DNA of 63,499 nucleotides, counting the filler, from a candidate division WOR-3 bacterium (GTDB lineage Bacteria > SDB-A), in the NCBI GenBank assembly GCA_016934535.1. It is 4 parts of 4 records of this genome, joined end to end, with 100 filler letters (N's around TTAATTAATTAA, not from the genome) between each part and the next. Parts side by side here need not be neighbours in the genome. Positions count along the whole stretch, not along the records: positions 19,304 to 38,616 come from JAFGSQ010000021.1; 3 more parts are not named here. The stretch is one strand, 5' to 3'. The notes beneath the pieces were generated by a model. It was not told the origin of the DNA. It worked only from the letters and a program-made list of their open reading frames with translations, and searched no databases. The position numbers were made by a program, and so were the translations under genes. This document shows, piece by piece, positions 19,991 to 31,500 of this stretch. Every line of letters begins with the position of its first letter. Position 1 is the first letter of the stretch.

Positions 19991-20041
19991 TTGACAGAAA
20001 TAAAATAATGATAGTATAAATCATTACACTATTGGTATAAT
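19991..20041 (+). promoter_or_regulatory. Sigma70-type promoter and putative TetR operator
   Basis: TTGACA at 19991, TATAAA at 20015; imperfect inverted repeat ATTACAC-TATTG-GTATAAT at 20023-20041, just before the tetR RBS. Confidence 0.55.
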
Positions 20042-20053
20042 AAAGGAAACTAT

Positions 20054-20755
20054 ATGTCTATTAAAAGAAATGATCTCGTTCGTAACTTTAAAAAAGACTA
20101 CATAATCGAAATGGCTTTAAATGCATTCTTGAAAAAAGGTGTTGATAACACGACAATAGAAGACATAGCAAAAGAAACCTCATACACAAAAAAAACCATA
20201 TATTCATATTTTAAAAGTAAAGAAGAAATATATGTATTCATTGGCATCAAGGCATTTGAAAAAATTGGAGAAAAATTCGACAGTATTTTGACCGGAAAAA
20301 AAACCGGCATCGAAAAAATCTTCGCTTTAATGCACGAATACCGCTCATTTTATTCAGAAAATCCAAATCTTCTCGTCTTGCTCATAAATTGGGACATGGG
20401 TAAAGTTGACTTCAGCAAAGTAAATACTGAAACCTATGAAAAATTCAAGAATTACAATGAACGAGCTATTTTACGCGTTGAAAATGCGTTAAAACTCGGC
20501 ATTGAAGACGGAACTTTCAGACCCGATGTCAATGTACATTGCACTGTCGGTCATTTTCTTTACCTTCTCAGAACAACACTGTACCAGTCTATAATCGGCG
20601 AGGCAAAAGAATGCATTTATTATTTCTCTGAGTTTGTCAAACTTTTCCTGAAAGGTTTGGAAAATAACGGGTCTTTCGAAAAATTTTGTAAATTTCATGA
20701 CAACAATGGGACAGAGGTGAAAAAGGGGGGGAATGAAAATGAAACGAAATTTTAG
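20054..20755 (+). CDS. TetR/AcrR family transcriptional regulator
   Basis: HTH FLKKG..NTTIEDIAKE..YTKKTIYSYFKSKEEI; C-terminal GIEDGTFRPD. Confidence 0.93.
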   Translation: MSIKRNDLVRNFKKDYIIEMALNAFLKKGVDNTTIEDIAKETSYTKKTIYSYFKSKEEIYVFIGIKAFEKIGEKFDSILTGKKTGIEKIFALMHEYRSFYSENPNLLVLLINWDMGKVDFSKVNTETYEKFKNYNERAILRVENALKLGIEDGTFRPDVNVHCTVGHFLYLLRTTLYQSIIGEAKECIYYFSEFVKLFLKGLENNGSFEKFCKFHDNNGTEVKKGGNENETKF

Positions 20756-21371
20756 AATTTTAACGCTTGCTCTGATTTTTTCTGCTCTGACAGCAGAACC
20801 GCTTTTACCTGACAATGTGAAAGCTCTTTTTCTGATGCCTGAATATTACGGAGCCAATTACAACCTGATACGAAATTCAATAGAAGAGATGGGATGGGAA
20901 ATTGTGCTTTGCGCCGTTGACGACACTGTTGCCGCATGCACGTGGTCAACTTCGCTGGGCGGATATCCAATCCCTGTCGATCTGACGACAGCTGAAATCA
21001 CAGACGTATCCGAATACGACTGTTTATTGATTATGCCCGCATCATACTGGATTTCAGATCCCTACGGGGAAATAATTGACGATTCCGTTTCTATTCTTCT
21101 CATACAGGAAGCTTTTTCCGACAGCATACCGGTCGCCGCATGGTGCGCTGGGGTGAGAGTGATGGCGGTGGCCGGTATAATCAGCGGAAAAGATGTCACC
21201 GGTCATTCAAGTTTTTCTCACGAATATACCGCAGCCGGAGCCAACTATCTCGGACCTGATCTTCCTCCGGTTGTGGACGGCAATATAATCACTTGCACAA
21301 GAGGCCAATATTATATGCTACAGGCAGTAATCGCTTTATCAAGGATGACAGAAAAATACATGCAGTATTAA
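20733..21371 (+). CDS. Exported DJ-1/PfpI family protein
   Basis: Signal peptide; EYDCLLIMP, VAAWCAG, GKDVTG, AAGANY, VVDGNIIT. Confidence 0.85.
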   Translation: MKMKRNFRILTLALIFSALTAEPLLPDNVKALFLMPEYYGANYNLIRNSIEEMGWEIVLCAVDDTVAACTWSTSLGGYPIPVDLTTAEITDVSEYDCLLIMPASYWISDPYGEIIDDSVSILLIQEAFSDSIPVAAWCAGVRVMAVAGIISGKDVTGHSSFSHEYTAAGANYLGPDLPPVVDGNIITCTRGQYYMLQAVIALSRMTEKYMQY

Positions 21372-21384
21372 TATTTTTAAAAAA

Positions 21385-23763
21385 GTGAGGATGATGATGA
21401 AGAGGATGCTTATATTACTGACTCCGTTTCTTGTTCCCGTTTCCACTGCATCACAAAACAGAATTGTCTGGTCTAGGACTTACGGCGGGCAATATTCTGA
21501 CGGTGGAAAGCAGGTCGTTTCGACGACAGACGGAGGCTATGCGATTATCGGTTACACGTGGCCTGTCGGTTCAACAGACAGTGATGTTCTACTCATAAAA
21601 ACAGATTCGGACGGGAATCAGATTTGGTCTAGAACATTCGGAGGAAACGGTTTTGACGCGGGTTATTCGCTTGTTCAAACACAGGATAAAGGATTCGCAA
21701 TAACAGGATACACTGGTTCAAACACAGACGGAGACAAAGATCTTATAATAATAAAAACCGATTCGTCAGGTAACTTCATCTGGCAGAATTTTTTCGGCGG
21801 AGACGGAGAAGACTGCGGTTTATGCATCCGTGAAATACAGAACGGAGACCTTGTCGTTTCCGGTTACACTGAATCTTTCGGAGCAGGACAATTCGATGTG
21901 TATTTAATAAGAATTAATTCTTCCGGTGATTCTATTTTTGCCAAAATGTACGGTGATACGGCCTCAGAATTCGGTGCTTGTTTTGTACAGACAGCCGACG
22001 GCGGCTTCGCGATTACCGGCTTTTCCGGGTCAGGCGGAACAGGCAACAATGATTATTACCTTATTAAAACGGATGCCATGGGCATTTTTCAATGGCATAC
22101 CTATTTCAATCCAGGCAACTGCGATTTCGCGCACTCTGTAATAATAGATCATCAGGGCCGATTTATTATTGCCGGCCACGGAGACGTTCACAGTTCTGAC
22201 TTTTCAAATATCATTTTAGTAAATTGCAATTCTCTTGGCGGACAGCTCTGGTCATCCCACTACGACATCGATTTATTTTACAATTTCGGAAGATCCATTG
22301 CTTTAGACGGCTATGGAAAATATATCGTCTGCGGCATGACAAAAAACAGAATAACCGGAGACAACGACATTCTTCTTCTTTCTGCAGACACATCGGGAAC
22401 CATAAACTGGCATGAAAAATACGGCTCGTCAGGTGACGATTACGCGTTTTCAGTCCTGAGAGACGACAGCGGTTTTGTCGTTGCGGGACAGACAAATTCA
22501 AGCGGTGCAGGTCATTTCGACGTAATTCTCATGCGGATGAGCAACGTCAGAGCTGACTTCACGGCGAGCCCTCTCACGGGAATTGCGCCCTTTCAAGCGG
22601 CTTTCTGCGATTTGTCAGCTGGCCGGATAAATATTCGTCAATGGGATTTCAACAACGACGGGATTATAGATTCATACGAGCAGAATCCGGTTCACACTTA
22701 CGGCGAACCGGGTATTTACTCTGTCAGACTGATAGTCGGAGACGGAGCTGTCCTCGACACTCTTACAAAAATCGGGTACATAGAAGCTTTCGACGAAGAG
22801 AGCGGTGTCGAGTACAACGGAACAAACAGTTTTTCGCTCTGCCCTGCCTCGCCTGAAATAAACCTTACAGACTCTTTCACGATTGAAGCCTGGATAAAAC
22901 CTTACAGTTTCGGAGAGAACGCGAATTTGGGGATGGGCAGAGTTATTGATAAAAATTCCATTTCAATTTTTTTAGCCAAAACAGCGTTCAACTATAATTG
23001 CCTCGTCCTAAGAATGAATCATTCCGGAGGAGTCACAAGCCACTCATTCACTCCGGACAGCTCAGTTATTCTTGGCGAATGGCAGCACATAGCAGTTGCA
23101 TACAGGGCGTCTTCGGGAGAGGTGAAAATATACATAAACGGACAAGAAAAATCTCTCTCATTTCAAAACTCCCCGCAGGGTCCGCTTCAGGATAATCTCG
23201 GGACTGACATGTATATCGGAAATTCTGCAAACAACTCAATGACGTTTGACGGTACAATTGACGAACTGAGAATATGGAATACAGTCAGGACTGCTCAGGA
23301 AATAACCGAAAACATGGATCAATTACTGACCGGAAACGAAAACGGCCTGGCAGGATACTGGAAAATGAATGAAGCCAACGGAGACACCATATACGACTGC
23401 TCTACGTATGATAAAAAATGTTCTCTGGATTCCACAAGATGGGTTCAGGGAACTCCCTTTTATCCGACCGGTATTCACGAAAGCCCTGTTACTGAGATTT
23501 CATCTTCTTTCTTCTTCAAAGTATTTCCCAACACCGTCTGTTCGGAGCTTTTTTTTTCTTTCAACATTCCTGTGCAATCGAACGTTGAGATATCTGTATT
23601 CGACCTTTCCGGCAGAATAGTTGATTGTTATACGCTCCCGGAAATTCCCGCAGGCAGTCATCGAGTGAGATATAATGTTGAAAAACTTCCGGAAAACGTA
23701 TATTTCGCAAGGCTTTCATGCGGCTTACATACTGCTAATACAAAATTCATAGTTCTGCACTGA
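21385..23763 (+). CDS. Secreted beta-propeller-repeat + PKD + LamG protein with T9SS-like CTD
   Basis: Repeats W.RTYGG...DGGY.I.G...LIKTD..G; PKD ADFTASP..G.AP...WDF..DG...HTY..PG.YSV; LamG FTIEAWIK...IDELRIWN; CTD VFDLSGR...VYF...KFIVLH. Confidence 0.88.
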   Translation: MRMMMKRMLILLTPFLVPVSTASQNRIVWSRTYGGQYSDGGKQVVSTTDGGYAIIGYTWPVGSTDSDVLLIKTDSDGNQIWSRTFGGNGFDAGYSLVQTQDKGFAITGYTGSNTDGDKDLIIIKTDSSGNFIWQNFFGGDGEDCGLCIREIQNGDLVVSGYTESFGAGQFDVYLIRINSSGDSIFAKMYGDTASEFGACFVQTADGGFAITGFSGSGGTGNNDYYLIKTDAMGIFQWHTYFNPGNCDFAHSVIIDHQGRFIIAGHGDVHSSDFSNIILVNCNSLGGQLWSSHYDIDLFYNFGRSIALDGYGKYIVCGMTKNRITGDNDILLLSADTSGTINWHEKYGSSGDDYAFSVLRDDSGFVVAGQTNSSGAGHFDVILMRMSNVRADFTASPLTGIAPFQAAFCDLSAGRINIRQWDFNNDGIIDSYEQNPVHTYGEPGIYSVRLIVGDGAVLDTLTKIGYIEAFDEESGVEYNGTNSFSLCPASPEINLTDSFTIEAWIKPYSFGENANLGMGRVIDKNSISIFLAKTAFNYNCLVLRMNHSGGVTSHSFTPDSSVILGEWQHIAVAYRASSGEVKIYINGQEKSLSFQNSPQGPLQDNLGTDMYIGNSANNSMTFDGTIDELRIWNTVRTAQEITENMDQLLTGNENGLAGYWKMNEANGDTIYDCSTYDKKCSLDSTRWVQGTPFYPTGIHESPVTEISSSFFFKVFPNTVCSELFFSFNIPVQSNVEISVFDLSGRIVDCYTLPEIPAGSHRVRYNVEKLPENVYFARLSCGLHTANTKFIVLH

Positions 23764-23823
23764 ATAGCTACAACGCTTGAGTCAACAAACTGGGGACATT
23801 CGGTAAAACGGTAAATTTCAGCT

Positions 23824-24348
23824 TTATTTCTTAGTCACAACGTCGAGGAGAAGACTGCTGTATTCTATGGCTTTCCAGTAACCATCGGCTTGTTTTGCCA
23901 AAGTGACTGGCCTCGGCGTCGCGGCTCCCGATGATTTTACGAAAATCTTATATCTGCAGTCACCCATCGCCTCGCTGTATTTATTGCTCGAAAACTCAAA
24001 CGACACAGGCATTTTTTCGATTTTGTACGCGTTGTCCGGAGAAGTTCCGAGCACATAAGAATTGAACATGTATTCTTTGCCTTTTGACTGCAACGCGATA
24101 AATTTAAGATCAGCCTGAAAAAGTTCGAAAACACCTTCTCCCCTGTCTACGAGCCGGGAAGGGTCAACGACGGACGTTATCATTTTTTTGCCGGAATTTT
24201 CGTTTTTTACAAATTCCATGAGCGCCATAATGAGACACGCAGCCGATCCCTGGGGAGTCGTCCCTATCGCCGCAAATATTGACAGGAATTCATCCGGTGT
24301 TTCCGGTAATTTCCCTATTTTCTTTATCCAGGTATCCTGGCTTTCCAT
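23824..24348 (-). CDS. Conserved hypothetical protein (DUF6935-like)
   Basis: SYVLGTSPDNAY and KIFVKSSGA.TPRPVTL...WKA.EYSSL match this family as I recall it. Confidence 0.6.
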   Translation of the reverse strand: MESQDTWIKKIGKLPETPDEFLSIFAAIGTTPQGSAACLIMALMEFVKNENSGKKMITSVVDPSRLVDRGEGVFELFQADLKFIALQSKGKEYMFNSYVLGTSPDNAYKIEKMPVSFEFSSNKYSEAMGDCRYKIFVKSSGAATPRPVTLAKQADGYWKAIEYSSLLLDVVTKK

Positions 24349-24382
24349 TGTTTTCTTCCCGGCTCGTTATTGAAAAGGATCA

Positions 24383-25678
24383 TTAGTTTTCTATCTTTTT
24401 CTGAAAGGAATCTTCCAATATTTTTATCGCGCAAAAGGGTCCGCACATGGAGCATCCTTCTCCATCGTAAGGTCTTCTCTCTCTGAGAGATCTCGCTTTT
24501 TCACCTGTGTCGACCGATAGAGAATACTGCTTCTCCCAATCGAACACTTTTCTCGATCTGGCCATCTCGATTTCCCTTTCGACGGCTCTTTTGTAACCTC
24601 TCGAAGAGTTGGCCGCCTGCGCGGCAATTTTTGAAATAATCAACCCCTGTTTTACATCTTCAATGTCGGGAAGGCAAACGTGCTCGGAAGGGGTTACGTA
24701 ACAGAGAAAATCCGCGCCGTGACAAGCCGCCACAGCTCCGCCTATCGCTCCGACTATGTGATCGTAACCCGGCGCGCAGTCAGTGACGAGCGGCCCCAGA
24801 ACGAAAAAGGGGGCTTCGAATGTCAGTCTTTTCGCCAGTTTGACGTTCATCTCTATCTGATCGAGATAAAGATGCCCCGGACCCTCCACCATGACCTGAA
24901 CCCCCGCCGCTCTAGATCTTTCGACAAGTTCACCCAAAACAAAAAGTTCTTCAATTTGCTGGGGGTCAGTGCCGTCGGCCACTGCGCCCGGCCGCATACC
25001 GTCTCCGAGGCTGAGAGTCACGTCGTATTCTTTTGCTATTGAAAGAATTTCGTCAAAATTCCTGTAGAAAGGGTTTTCCCTGCCGTTTGAGATCATCCAG
25101 CCCGAAACTATCGCTCCTCCCCTGCTGACGACTTTCAGAATCCTTTTTGAATTGTTTATCTTTTTTAATACGTCTCTTGTTATTCCGACGTGAATCGTCA
25201 TAAAATCAATGCCGTCCTCGGCATGCATGACTACCATGTCGAGAAAATCCTTCTCAGAGAAATCTATGACTTTTTTGTTTTCTTTGAAAGCTTTTACAGC
25301 GGCGTCGTAAATGGGTACCGATCCGACGGGCACCGGGCTCGCTCCTACCAATTCCCTTCTCATTTGCCTCAAATCGCCCCAAGTCGAAAGTATCATTATA
25401 GCGTCTGTTCCGTATTTAAAAGCGAGGTCTGCTTTCTTCATCTCGTCCTCGGAAGAAGAATAACCCTTCGAAGTGCCTATATTGACGTTCACCTTTACAG
25501 GACAGTCTTTTCCTATGATTTTTGGCGACTTTATTTCGTGAAGTCTGTTTTTAGGAAGTACCGCGAAACCTTCGGCGATGTGCCCCGACATTAAAACTTC
25601 ATCGAGGCCTTCCTGCCTGCACGCCATAATTAATTCGGGGCTTCTTTCTCCCTTTCTCGCGCATTCTAACTGAGTCAA
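24383..25678 (-). CDS. thiC: Phosphomethylpyrimidine synthase
   Basis: [43 protein letters not shown]-terminal CSMCGPFC cluster motif. Confidence 0.96.
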   Translation of the reverse strand: MTQLECARKGERSPELIMACRQEGLDEVLMSGHIAEGFAVLPKNRLHEIKSPKIIGKDCPVKVNVNIGTSKGYSSSEDEMKKADLAFKYGTDAIMILSTWGDLRQMRRELVGASPVPVGSVPIYDAAVKAFKENKKVIDFSEKDFLDMVVMHAEDGIDFMTIHVGITRDVLKKINNSKRILKVVSRGGAIVSGWMISNGRENPFYRNFDEILSIAKEYDVTLSLGDGMRPGAVADGTDPQQIEELFVLGELVERSRAAGVQVMVEGPGHLYLDQIEMNVKLAKRLTFEAPFFVLGPLVTDCAPGYDHIVGAIGGAVAACHGADFLCYVTPSEHVCLPDIEDVKQGLIISKIAAQAANSSRGYKRAVEREIEMARSRKVFDWEKQYSLSVDTGEKARSLRERRPYDGEGCSMCGPFCAIKILEDSFQKKIEN

Positions 25679-25736
25679 TTCATCACCTCTTTTTCATAAA
25701 TTACAACAAATAATATTCGCGGTCAAATACAGTTCG

Positions 25737-27626
25737 TCACGATTCGAACAGTTCGTGGCTGTCGTAAAGCTGTCTGTAAACTCCTTTTTTACCGTATAAT
25801 TCTTCGTGAGTGCCGCTTTCAGCCAGTTTTCCCTGTTCAATCACGAATATCTTCCGGACATTTTTGACCGTCGTCAGTCTGTGAGCCACTATTATCGCGG
25901 TCCTGTCCTTCAGCAGACTGTCAATAGAATCCTGGACTTTTCTCTCGGATTCGTTGTCTAAAGAACTTGTAGCTTCGTCAAATAACAATATTTTGGGGTT
26001 CTGAAGGACAGCTCTCGCTATTGCAATTCTCTGTCTTTGCCCACCGGAAATGTGAGTCCCTCTTTCACCGACGATCGTCTTGTATCCGTCAGGTAATTCT
26101 TTAATGAACTCGTCGGCGTTCGCGATTTTGGAAGCTTTTTCTATATCGTCAGGTGCGGCATCCTCTTTTGCGTAAGCGATATTGTTTTCAACAGTGTCGT
26201 AAAACAGCAAAACCTCCTGACTCACCGACCCTATCAGTTTTCTCAGCGACGATATTTTAATTTTTCTGATGTCCGTTCCGTCAATGCTTATTGTGCCCGA
26301 GGATGGATCATAAAACCTCATCAGAAGTTCCAGTATTGTCGTTTTTCCGACCCCGCTCCTTCCGACAATGGCGGCTGTCTCGCCTTTTTTAATACAGAAA
26401 GACAGGTCTTTCAAAACACTTTTGCCTTCCACGTAGGAAAAGCAGACACTGTCAAATGAAATTTCGTCAGTAAAATCTATTTTTTCGACTGATACAGGCG
26501 AATCTTCAATACTGGCTCTAACGTCGAGTATCGAATAAATCCTTTCGAGGCCGACGAGAGCTCCCTGAAGTTCGTTACGCTTTTGCACTACTACTTTTAC
26601 CGGATGCATCAAAGACAGCACGGCGCCGAGGTAGACGAAAAAAGCGGCCGGAGAAAATCCCGAAGTCTGCTCTATTATCATTTTTCCGCCTATCCATATC
26701 AGGAACAGAACCACCGCCATGTTTATGAAATCGCTCAGAGGTCTCGTCAGGGAATCAATTCCGATCCTCTTGAAATTATTCCTTTTGAGAGCCCCCGTCA
26801 GAGCTGAGAACGATTTTTTTTCCCTTTCGAAAGTTCCAAACGAAAGCACGACTTTTATGTTTGTCCCGATTTCCTGAACCTTGGAATTGACCTTGGCCCA
26901 GGTGTCCTGTGTTCTGCTCATGTATTTTTTTATTTTTTTTGTCATCCATCTCGACATAAAAGACATAATCGGAATAAATACGAGAGCTATGAGAGTGAGT
27001 TGAAAATTAATCGCCAGGGCAATGACGAGATAAAACAGAACGAGCAATACATTTCTCGCGATCTCTATCAGAGCGCCCAGGGCAGTGAAACCGACGAGGC
27101 TGACGTCGGAAGTTATTCTTGCTGTCAATTCTCCTATTCTGTGTTTTTGAAAAAAATCCATAGACATCGTCGAATAATGATTGAATATCATCTCCTGATA
27201 CAGTTTTATGACGCTCTGTTCGATGTCGGCAAAAATTAGTCTGTGAAAATAATCGACGATTGATTTCAGAAGAAAGATAATAAATGAAACGAAAATGACA
27301 GCCTGAAGTACTTTCATCGGAGAATTATTTTTGAGAAACTCGTCAAGATTGCTTTTGAGACTGGAAAAAAACGCTTCTATTCCTTTGTCCTTCAGCTCCT
27401 CCAAAGATCCGGCGAGCATTTTTGATATCTGAGGCATCATGGGTGATTCCTCATAAACAGCGTCCTGCTGAACAATCAGTATTTTTTGAGCTATCGGATA
27501 AAGCATGCCGATTGACAAACCGGACAAAATGACAAAAACAGTCATCAAGAACGTACCGAGCAGTATTTTCGGCCAGTATCTCAGTGAAGTTTTGAGAAAT
27601 CGTAAATAAGGACCGCCGGATTTCAT
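25737..27626 (-). CDS. ABC exporter with fused permease and ATPase (MsbA-like)
   Basis: Six-TM N-terminal domain; GRSGVGKT, ISGGQRQR, LFDEATSSLD. Confidence 0.9.
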   Translation of the reverse strand: MKSGGPYLRFLKTSLRYWPKILLGTFLMTVFVILSGLSIGMLYPIAQKILIVQQDAVYEESPMMPQISKMLAGSLEELKDKGIEAFFSSLKSNLDEFLKNNSPMKVLQAVIFVSFIIFLLKSIVDYFHRLIFADIEQSVIKLYQEMIFNHYSTMSMDFFQKHRIGELTARITSDVSLVGFTALGALIEIARNVLLVLFYLVIALAINFQLTLIALVFIPIMSFMSRWMTKKIKKYMSRTQDTWAKVNSKVQEIGTNIKVVLSFGTFEREKKSFSALTGALKRNNFKRIGIDSLTRPLSDFINMAVVLFLIWIGGKMIIEQTSGFSPAAFFVYLGAVLSLMHPVKVVVQKRNELQGALVGLERIYSILDVRASIEDSPVSVEKIDFTDEISFDSVCFSYVEGKSVLKDLSFCIKKGETAAIVGRSGVGKTTILELLMRFYDPSSGTISIDGTDIRKIKISSLRKLIGSVSQEVLLFYDTVENNIAYAKEDAAPDDIEKASKIANADEFIKELPDGYKTIVGERGTHISGGQRQRIAIARAVLQNPKILLFDEATSSLDNESERKVQDSIDSLLKDRTAIIVAHRLTTVKNVRKIFVIEQGKLAESGTHEELYGKKGVYRQLYDSHELFES

Positions 27627-28507
27627 TGCAGAAGAGCCCCGGCAAATTTTTCCGGGTCAAATATCTCGAAATCCTCTTCCGACTCGCCGACTCCCAGATA
27701 AAGGACCGGTATCTTCATTTGTTCGACAATGGGGAACACGCACCCGCCTTTTGCCGTTCCGTCGTATTTTGTCAGGATGATGCCGGTCAGGGGAGCAAAT
27801 TCAGAAAATATTCTCGCCTGAGTAATCGAATTCTGACCCGTAGTCGCGTCCATGACTATGAGAGTTTCGTTCGGGTAATCCGGATTGTTCTTTTTGACAA
27901 CTTTGCCTATTTTTGACAATTCGTTCATCAGATTTATTTTTGTGTGCAATCTTCCCGCCGTGTCTATTATAAGGACATCTTTTTTTCTCGATATTGCCGC
28001 GTCGACCGCGTCGTGAACAACCGCCGCAGAATCACCGCCTTCCTGCCCGCTGACACATTCGATTCCCAGTTTTTCCGCCCACATTTCCAGCTGGAGAACA
28101 CCCGCCGCCCTGTACGTGTCGGCCGCAGCTAAAATCACCTTTTTCCCTTCCCTTGCGTACAGTCTGCCGAGTTTCGCCGCGCTCGTTGTCTTGCCTGTCC
28201 CGTTGACTCCCACGATCATTATGACTTTGGGAGAAGAATCCGCTTCCGGCTTTTTCGGGATTTTGAGTCTTTTTACGAGTTCGGATTTAATTCTTTCTTC
28301 CAGCATATCCGAAGGGGCGGATTTCGCGATTTCAATGAGTTTTGAAGCCAGTTCCGTGCCCATGTCGGAAAGTATCAAAGATTCCTCAAGGCGGACGATT
28401 TCCTCTTCGTCGAATTTTCCGCCCGTCCGGATCAGTCTCTTCAGCCCTTTCGTCAGAGAGGCGCCCTTCTCGGACGCCGATTTAGTTATCTTCTCCCAGA
28501 AATTCAT
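27623..28507 (-). CDS. ftsY: Signal recognition particle receptor
   Basis: GVNGTGKTT, DTYRAA, DTAGR, TKYDGTAKGG. Confidence 0.97.
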   Translation of the reverse strand: MNFWEKITKSASEKGASLTKGLKRLIRTGGKFDEEEIVRLEESLILSDMGTELASKLIEIAKSAPSDMLEERIKSELVKRLKIPKKPEADSSPKVIMIVGVNGTGKTTSAAKLGRLYAREGKKVILAAADTYRAAGVLQLEMWAEKLGIECVSGQEGGDSAAVVHDAVDAAISRKKDVLIIDTAGRLHTKINLMNELSKIGKVVKKNNPDYPNETLIVMDATTGQNSITQARIFSEFAPLTGIILTKYDGTAKGGCVFPIVEQMKIPVLYLGVGESEEDFEIFDPEKFAGALLQ

Positions 28508-31500
28508 CTATCTTTTCGAGGTTGACGGACACTACAGAACTGACTCCTTTCTCTTCCATCGTGATTCCGTATAATCCCTGGCAGAACTCCATGGTCCTTC
28601 TGTTGTGGGTGACGAGGACCACTTGTGATTCGAGTGCTATGGTCTTCAAAAACCTTATGAATATCTCCACGTTCGAATCGTCAAGGGGAGCGTCCACTTC
28701 GTCGAGGACAACGAGGGGAGAAAGTCTCATCTGATGTAGCGCGTAAAGCAAGCTCAGGGCGGTAAAAGACTGTTCGCCGGTCGAAAGCAAACGGGTCGTG
28801 CTCAGTTTCTTTCCCGGCGGCACTGCGAGTACTTTTATGTCTGATTCGAGAGGGTCTTTTTCGGTTTCGAGCTGAAGATCGGCCAGAAAATCAGCTCCGC
28901 TTTCTTCTTTCGAGTTGAAGAGAACTGAAAATATGTTCTTGAAATTGGCTCTGACAGCTTCGAAAGTCTCAAGAAATTTCTCTCTCGCGATCTTGTCTAT
29001 TGAATTAATAGTGTCTTTGAGGCCTTTTTTCGTGTTCTCGAGATCGTCTTTCTGAGCTCCGAGAAAATTGAATCTTTCCAGTATTTCCGCGTATTCTTCT
29101 TCCGCGTTTTCGTTCACGGAGCCCATTGACATCAATCTCGATTTAATTCTAAAAATGTCATCTTTCGTGATTTCATCTTCAGAGGGCTCAACCTCGTCGA
29201 GTTTCTCGGGACCGAAGCCGAACACGGCCTCAAGTTCTCCCGTTATACTGTTCAATTCTCCCTTCAGGTCCGCCATTTTCACGTTATAAGTCTGGGCAAT
29301 GTCCATCAGTTCCGTTTTTGTTTTTTCAAGTTCTCTGTTTTTTTCCTCGGTGTTCCTTATGTTTTGCCTCGTCGTCTCTATTGACGCCTGAAGTGTTTCT
29401 ATTTCCTTTTTTGAATTTTCAATGGCCGCGGATTTCTCCCTGCTTTTTTCCTCGATAGACAATACCCGGGATTCCTCTTCTTTTGCCGTTTCTTTTTCTT
29501 CGGTCAATATTTTTTCAAGTTCTTCTATTCTGACGGCGGCCCCGAGAGCTTCCGCTCTTTTTTCGCCGATCTTTTCAGCGAGAGCTTTTTTTCTCTCACC
29601 AAGTCTCGCGGTTTCAGATTCGATCTCGGATAACAGCGCAAGAGAAGGTTCGATTTTCTTTTCCGTTTCCTGAAGTTCTGATCTCACGGATTCTATCTGA
29701 GCCGCGATGTTTTCCAGCTCGACGAGCAGTTTTGCCTGTCTTCTGTTTTTTTCGCGCAGTGATTCTTCTATTTCTCCGAGCTCCTCATTGAGCGATTTCT
29801 CTTCCTTCGACTCTTCTTCGTCAGTCTTTTCAATGACACTCAGCTTGTAATTCAGATTCTTTATCTCCGTGTGCAGAGTCGCTTTTTTGCCCACCGCCAT
29901 CTTCAGGACGTCGGCTTTTTCTCCGAGATTTTTTATTGTCTCATCAAGTTCCCTTCTGTTTATTTCCCTTCTCTCTTCGGTTTCGCCAATCCTGTTTTTC
30001 AAATTTTCCTTTATTTTCGTGAGCTCTTCAATTCTCTCTTTTCTGCCTATGATTTTCGGCTTCTGGCTCCCCATCGAATACAGGACACCTCTTCTTACAG
30101 AATGACCGTCAAGGCTGACGGCGTTCAGCGAAGGGTGTTTTCCGGCTGTCTCTACGACGTCTCCGCCGGACACGACGAACCATCCCGTAAGAAGTCTCTC
30201 GGCAAAGTCCTTGACGGAAGGATCGTCGGCTTTTACGTGAGACGACAAGGGATCAAGACCATCAGGCGTTTTTTCCGAAAACACTTCCAAACCGGTTTTT
30301 TTTACAAGAAACCACCCCTTCCCCATACTCTCCCGTTCAAGTTCCTCAACCCGGGTTTTCAGCTGATCCTGTTCGACAATAACTGCGCCGAGCGCCGAAC
30401 CGAGGGCAATCTCGACCGCAATTTCGTATCCTTTTTCAACTTCCAGAGAATCGTTCAGAGTGCTCAGTCCGCAGTTTTTCAAAAGATATTTTGTCGCTTC
30501 GTCATATCCTTCAAGGTCTTTCTGCTGTTCCGACAGCAGTGACAATTCAGATTCGCAGGAAGCCAGGTCGTTCTGATGCGAAGAAGATAAAGAAGAAAGC
30601 GACTCCCTCTCGGAATTCAAAACAGAGCTTTTTTCCTGAAGATGGGACATCGAAACTTCAAGATTCGACTGCTCCGAATCGAGCCTCGAAATGGATTCTT
30701 CGCAGGCCCCGTACTTCTCTTCGGCTTCCTCCTTCTCTATTTTCCTGTTTTCTTTGGCTTCGCCGAGTTTTCTGATCAGTCCTGTTTTCAGGGTCTTTTT
30801 TTCCGAAAGCGCCGAAATTTCCTTTTGAAGGAAATTATCTTCGCGCACGGCTTCGTCCCTTTTTTCCGATTCATTTCCGAGATTGTTTTTCAGTTTTTCT
30901 ATAAGAGATTTTTCTTTTTCGAGAGATGAAAGAATCTGCGTTTTCTCGTTCTTTTTTGTTTCTTCGTCAGCCGACAACTCGTCAAATTTTCTCTCCATCT
31001 CCCGGGCTGTTTCGTTCAGAGCCGGAACAAGTTCTTCCATAGAAGTAAGTTCTTTTTCGTGTTCCTCAATCTTTCCCGTCAAATATTTCAGTTCCTGTTT
31101 TTTCCCGAGCAGTTCGGCGTTCATCTGCGAATAAACTGAAAGGTCCATGTCAAATTTTTCTTTCCTGACTGACAGTTCTTTAACTGTTTTTTCCTCAGCC
31201 GACCAGAGAGAATCAGCTTCTTCGCCGAGTAATCGCGCGTTTTCTTCGATCTGAGAACGCTTTATTACGCTTTTGTTTATCGCCTCGGCGATCTCGATTT
31301 CCGATTTGCGTATTTCGTCTCTCTTTCTCCTGGAAAACAAAAGAAGCTTCGACTCGAACTGATTTTTCAGGTTTTTGTAGTGATTCGCCTTTTTCAGGTC
31401 TTTTTTGAGCATTGTCAGATTTGTGTTCACTTCGTCAATTTTATCCTGAAGTCGCAGTATGTCTGCTTCAGTGTCTTTAAGTCTCGACATCGTTACGCTT

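Noticed and set aside
25679-25736. TPP riboswitch upstream of thiC
   Set aside because: Only 58 bp, AT-rich, with no CTGAGA-type core.
28770-28800. SMC signature reads LSTGE rather than LSGGE
   Set aside because: A single substitution with all other head motifs intact; most likely lineage variation.
29871-30542. Long antisense ORFs (also 12912-13571, 1643-2182, 33477-33974 and others)
   Set aside because: Shadow frames of well-supported genes, with no RBS or recognisable motifs.
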